A stretch of DNA of 61,729 nt from an uncultured Algimonas sp. (GTDB lineage Bacteria > Pseudomonadota > Alphaproteobacteria > Caulobacterales > Maricaulaceae). Position numbers and translations under genes: made by a program. Below are positions 60,618 through 61,729 of the stretch, piece after piece; position 1 is the first letter of the stretch, and each line of letters starts with the position of its first letter. The stretch spans positions 1-61,729 of the forward strand of contig CAZSUW010000004.1 of NCBI GenBank assembly GCA_964610115.1, given 5' to 3'. The notes below the pieces were generated by a model. The model searched no databases and had not been told where the DNA came from. It saw only the letters and a program-made list of their open reading frames with translations.

Positions 60618-60633
60618 TGTTTCACGTGAAACA
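60618..60633. other. parS: parS centromere site 1
   Basis: Exact TGTTTCACGTGAAACA inside a 32-bp perfect palindrome (60610-60641). Confidence 0.92.
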
Positions 60634-60663
60634 CTTTAAAACAGATCGGAGATAATTTTCGAA

Positions 60664-60679
60664 TGTTTCACGTGAAACA
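60664..60679. other. parS: parS centromere site 2
   Basis: Exact TGTTTCACGTGAAACA, 46 bp centre-to-centre from site 1. Confidence 0.92.
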
Positions 60680-60789
60680 TTTAGCGCTTTCCATTCGTCT
60701 CTTGTCAGCGGTCTTCTAATTGATCAGTAACGCCGTGCTGTGCCGTCACGTAAACTCATTCTGATGTCAGAAAACCGGGAGGTTCCGCG

Positions 60790-61729
60790 ATGAAAGTCAT
60801 CATTGCGGGCGGCGGTATAGGCGGGCTGAGCGCGGCGCTCTGCCTCATCCATTACGGCCATGAGCCAATTATTCTGGAACGGGCATCAGCCTTTGGAGAA
60901 GTCGGGGCCGGCCTGCAAATTCCGCCTAATGCTATGAAAGTGTTTCAGGCGTTGGATCTTGATGCGGCGCTGGGGGACGTGGCGTTCGAACCTATCGCGA
61001 TAGAAGGACGGATGGGGGTGTCAGGCCGCGAGCTTTTCAAAATTCCACTGGGCCAAGCCGCCGTGGATCGCTGGGGCGCGCCTTACCTGCATATTCACCG
61101 CGCGGATTACATCGCTGTGCTGGAGGCAGCGTTTCGTAACGCTGGCGTCGGTGCCTGTCATTTCGATGCCGAGGTGATCGGTTATCGGCAAAGTGGCTGC
61201 CACGTAACCGCGAGACTAAAAGATGGTCGAGAGGTTCAAGGCGATGTTCTGATCGGGGCAGACGGAATCCAGTCGGCGGTCCGCAAGCAGATGCTGGGCC
61301 CCGGCACGCCGCGCTTTACCGGAAATGTGGCGTGGCGCGCTGTTGTGCCGATGGAGACGCTCGGCGATCTCGCCCCGCGCCCGACCGTCTGCGCTTGGAT
61401 GGGGGCGGGGCGGCATTGTGTGACCTATCGTTTGCGCCAGGGAAGGCTCGCCAATTTTGTTGGCGTGGTCGAGCGCGATGACTGGCAGGTGGAAAGCTGG
61501 ACGGAACGCGGCACGCAAGCCGAAGCTCTGGCAGATTTTCCCGATTGGCACCCGATGATTGATGCGATTTTGAAACAGGCGAAGGCACCCTATCGCTGGG
61601 CGCTTTTTGATCGCCTTCCGCTGGAGCGCTGGGTTGAAGGTCGTGTCGCGCTGCTGGGGGATGCCGCCCATCCCATGCTGCCTTTCATGGCGCAGGGGGC
61701 GGCGATGGCGGTCGAGGATAGCTGGGTGT
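60790..61729 (+). CDS. FAD-dependent aromatic monooxygenase (salicylate-hydroxylase-like); runs off the window end and is absent from the ORF track
   Basis: GGAGG RBS; MKVIIAGGGIGGL, EVGAGLQI, LIGADGIQSAVR and LLGDAAHPMLPFMAQGA. Confidence 0.9.
   Translation, partial: MKVIIAGGGIGGLSAALCLIHYGHEPIILERASAFGEVGAGLQIPPNAMKVFQALDLDAALGDVAFEPIAIEGRMGVSGRELFKIPLGQAAVDRWGAPYLHIHRADYIAVLEAAFRNAGVGACHFDAEVIGYRQSGCHVTARLKDGREVQGDVLIGADGIQSAVRKQMLGPGTPRFTGNVAWRAVVPMETLGDLAPRPTVCAWMGAGRHCVTYRLRQGRLANFVGVVERDDWQVESWTERGTQAEALADFPDWHPMIDAILKQAKAPYRWALFDRLPLERWVEGRVALLGDAAHPMLPFMAQGAAMAVEDSWV

Noticed and set aside
61021-61671. Minus-strand ORFs at the window end
   Set aside because: They are antisense to the partial FAD monooxygenase, which has clear family motifs.

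Overview
Gene-dense, GC-rich chromosomal segment of an alphaproteobacterium. Gene content and order suggest the Caulobacterales/Maricaulales lineage (inference). Most of the window is housekeeping: comM, ampG, mutS-glnD-murJ-trpS, nfu-tsaB-rimI-fur, cobB-ydcF-ftsEX, pgi, hisS, ydbH, clpB, prmC, infC and mrp. It also holds two tRNAs (Leu-CAG, Val-GAC), an ECF sigma/anti-sigma operon and a MarR-adjacent tyrosine catabolic operon. Two perfect parS sites at 60.6 kb suggest the window lies near the replication origin. The first ~2.7 kb is accessory: a diverged duplicate of a gene 3' end, an AT-rich HEPN plus MNT-like gene pair with an operator array, and a hairpin-dense GC-rich tract. The most notable observations are (1) a membrane DUF4282-like protein fused to tandem AT-hooks, (2) a VOC-fold protein in the homogentisate-dioxygenase slot of the hppD-maiA-FAH operon, (3) several unannotated sRNA candidates with pyrimidine-rich anti-SD-like segments, (4) a PlcP-like phosphoesterase under a triple Pho box, (5) a kinase-less PAS-linker-REC protein, and (6) three probable non-AUG starts. 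All calls come from reading motifs by eye; no database searches or folding programs were run.
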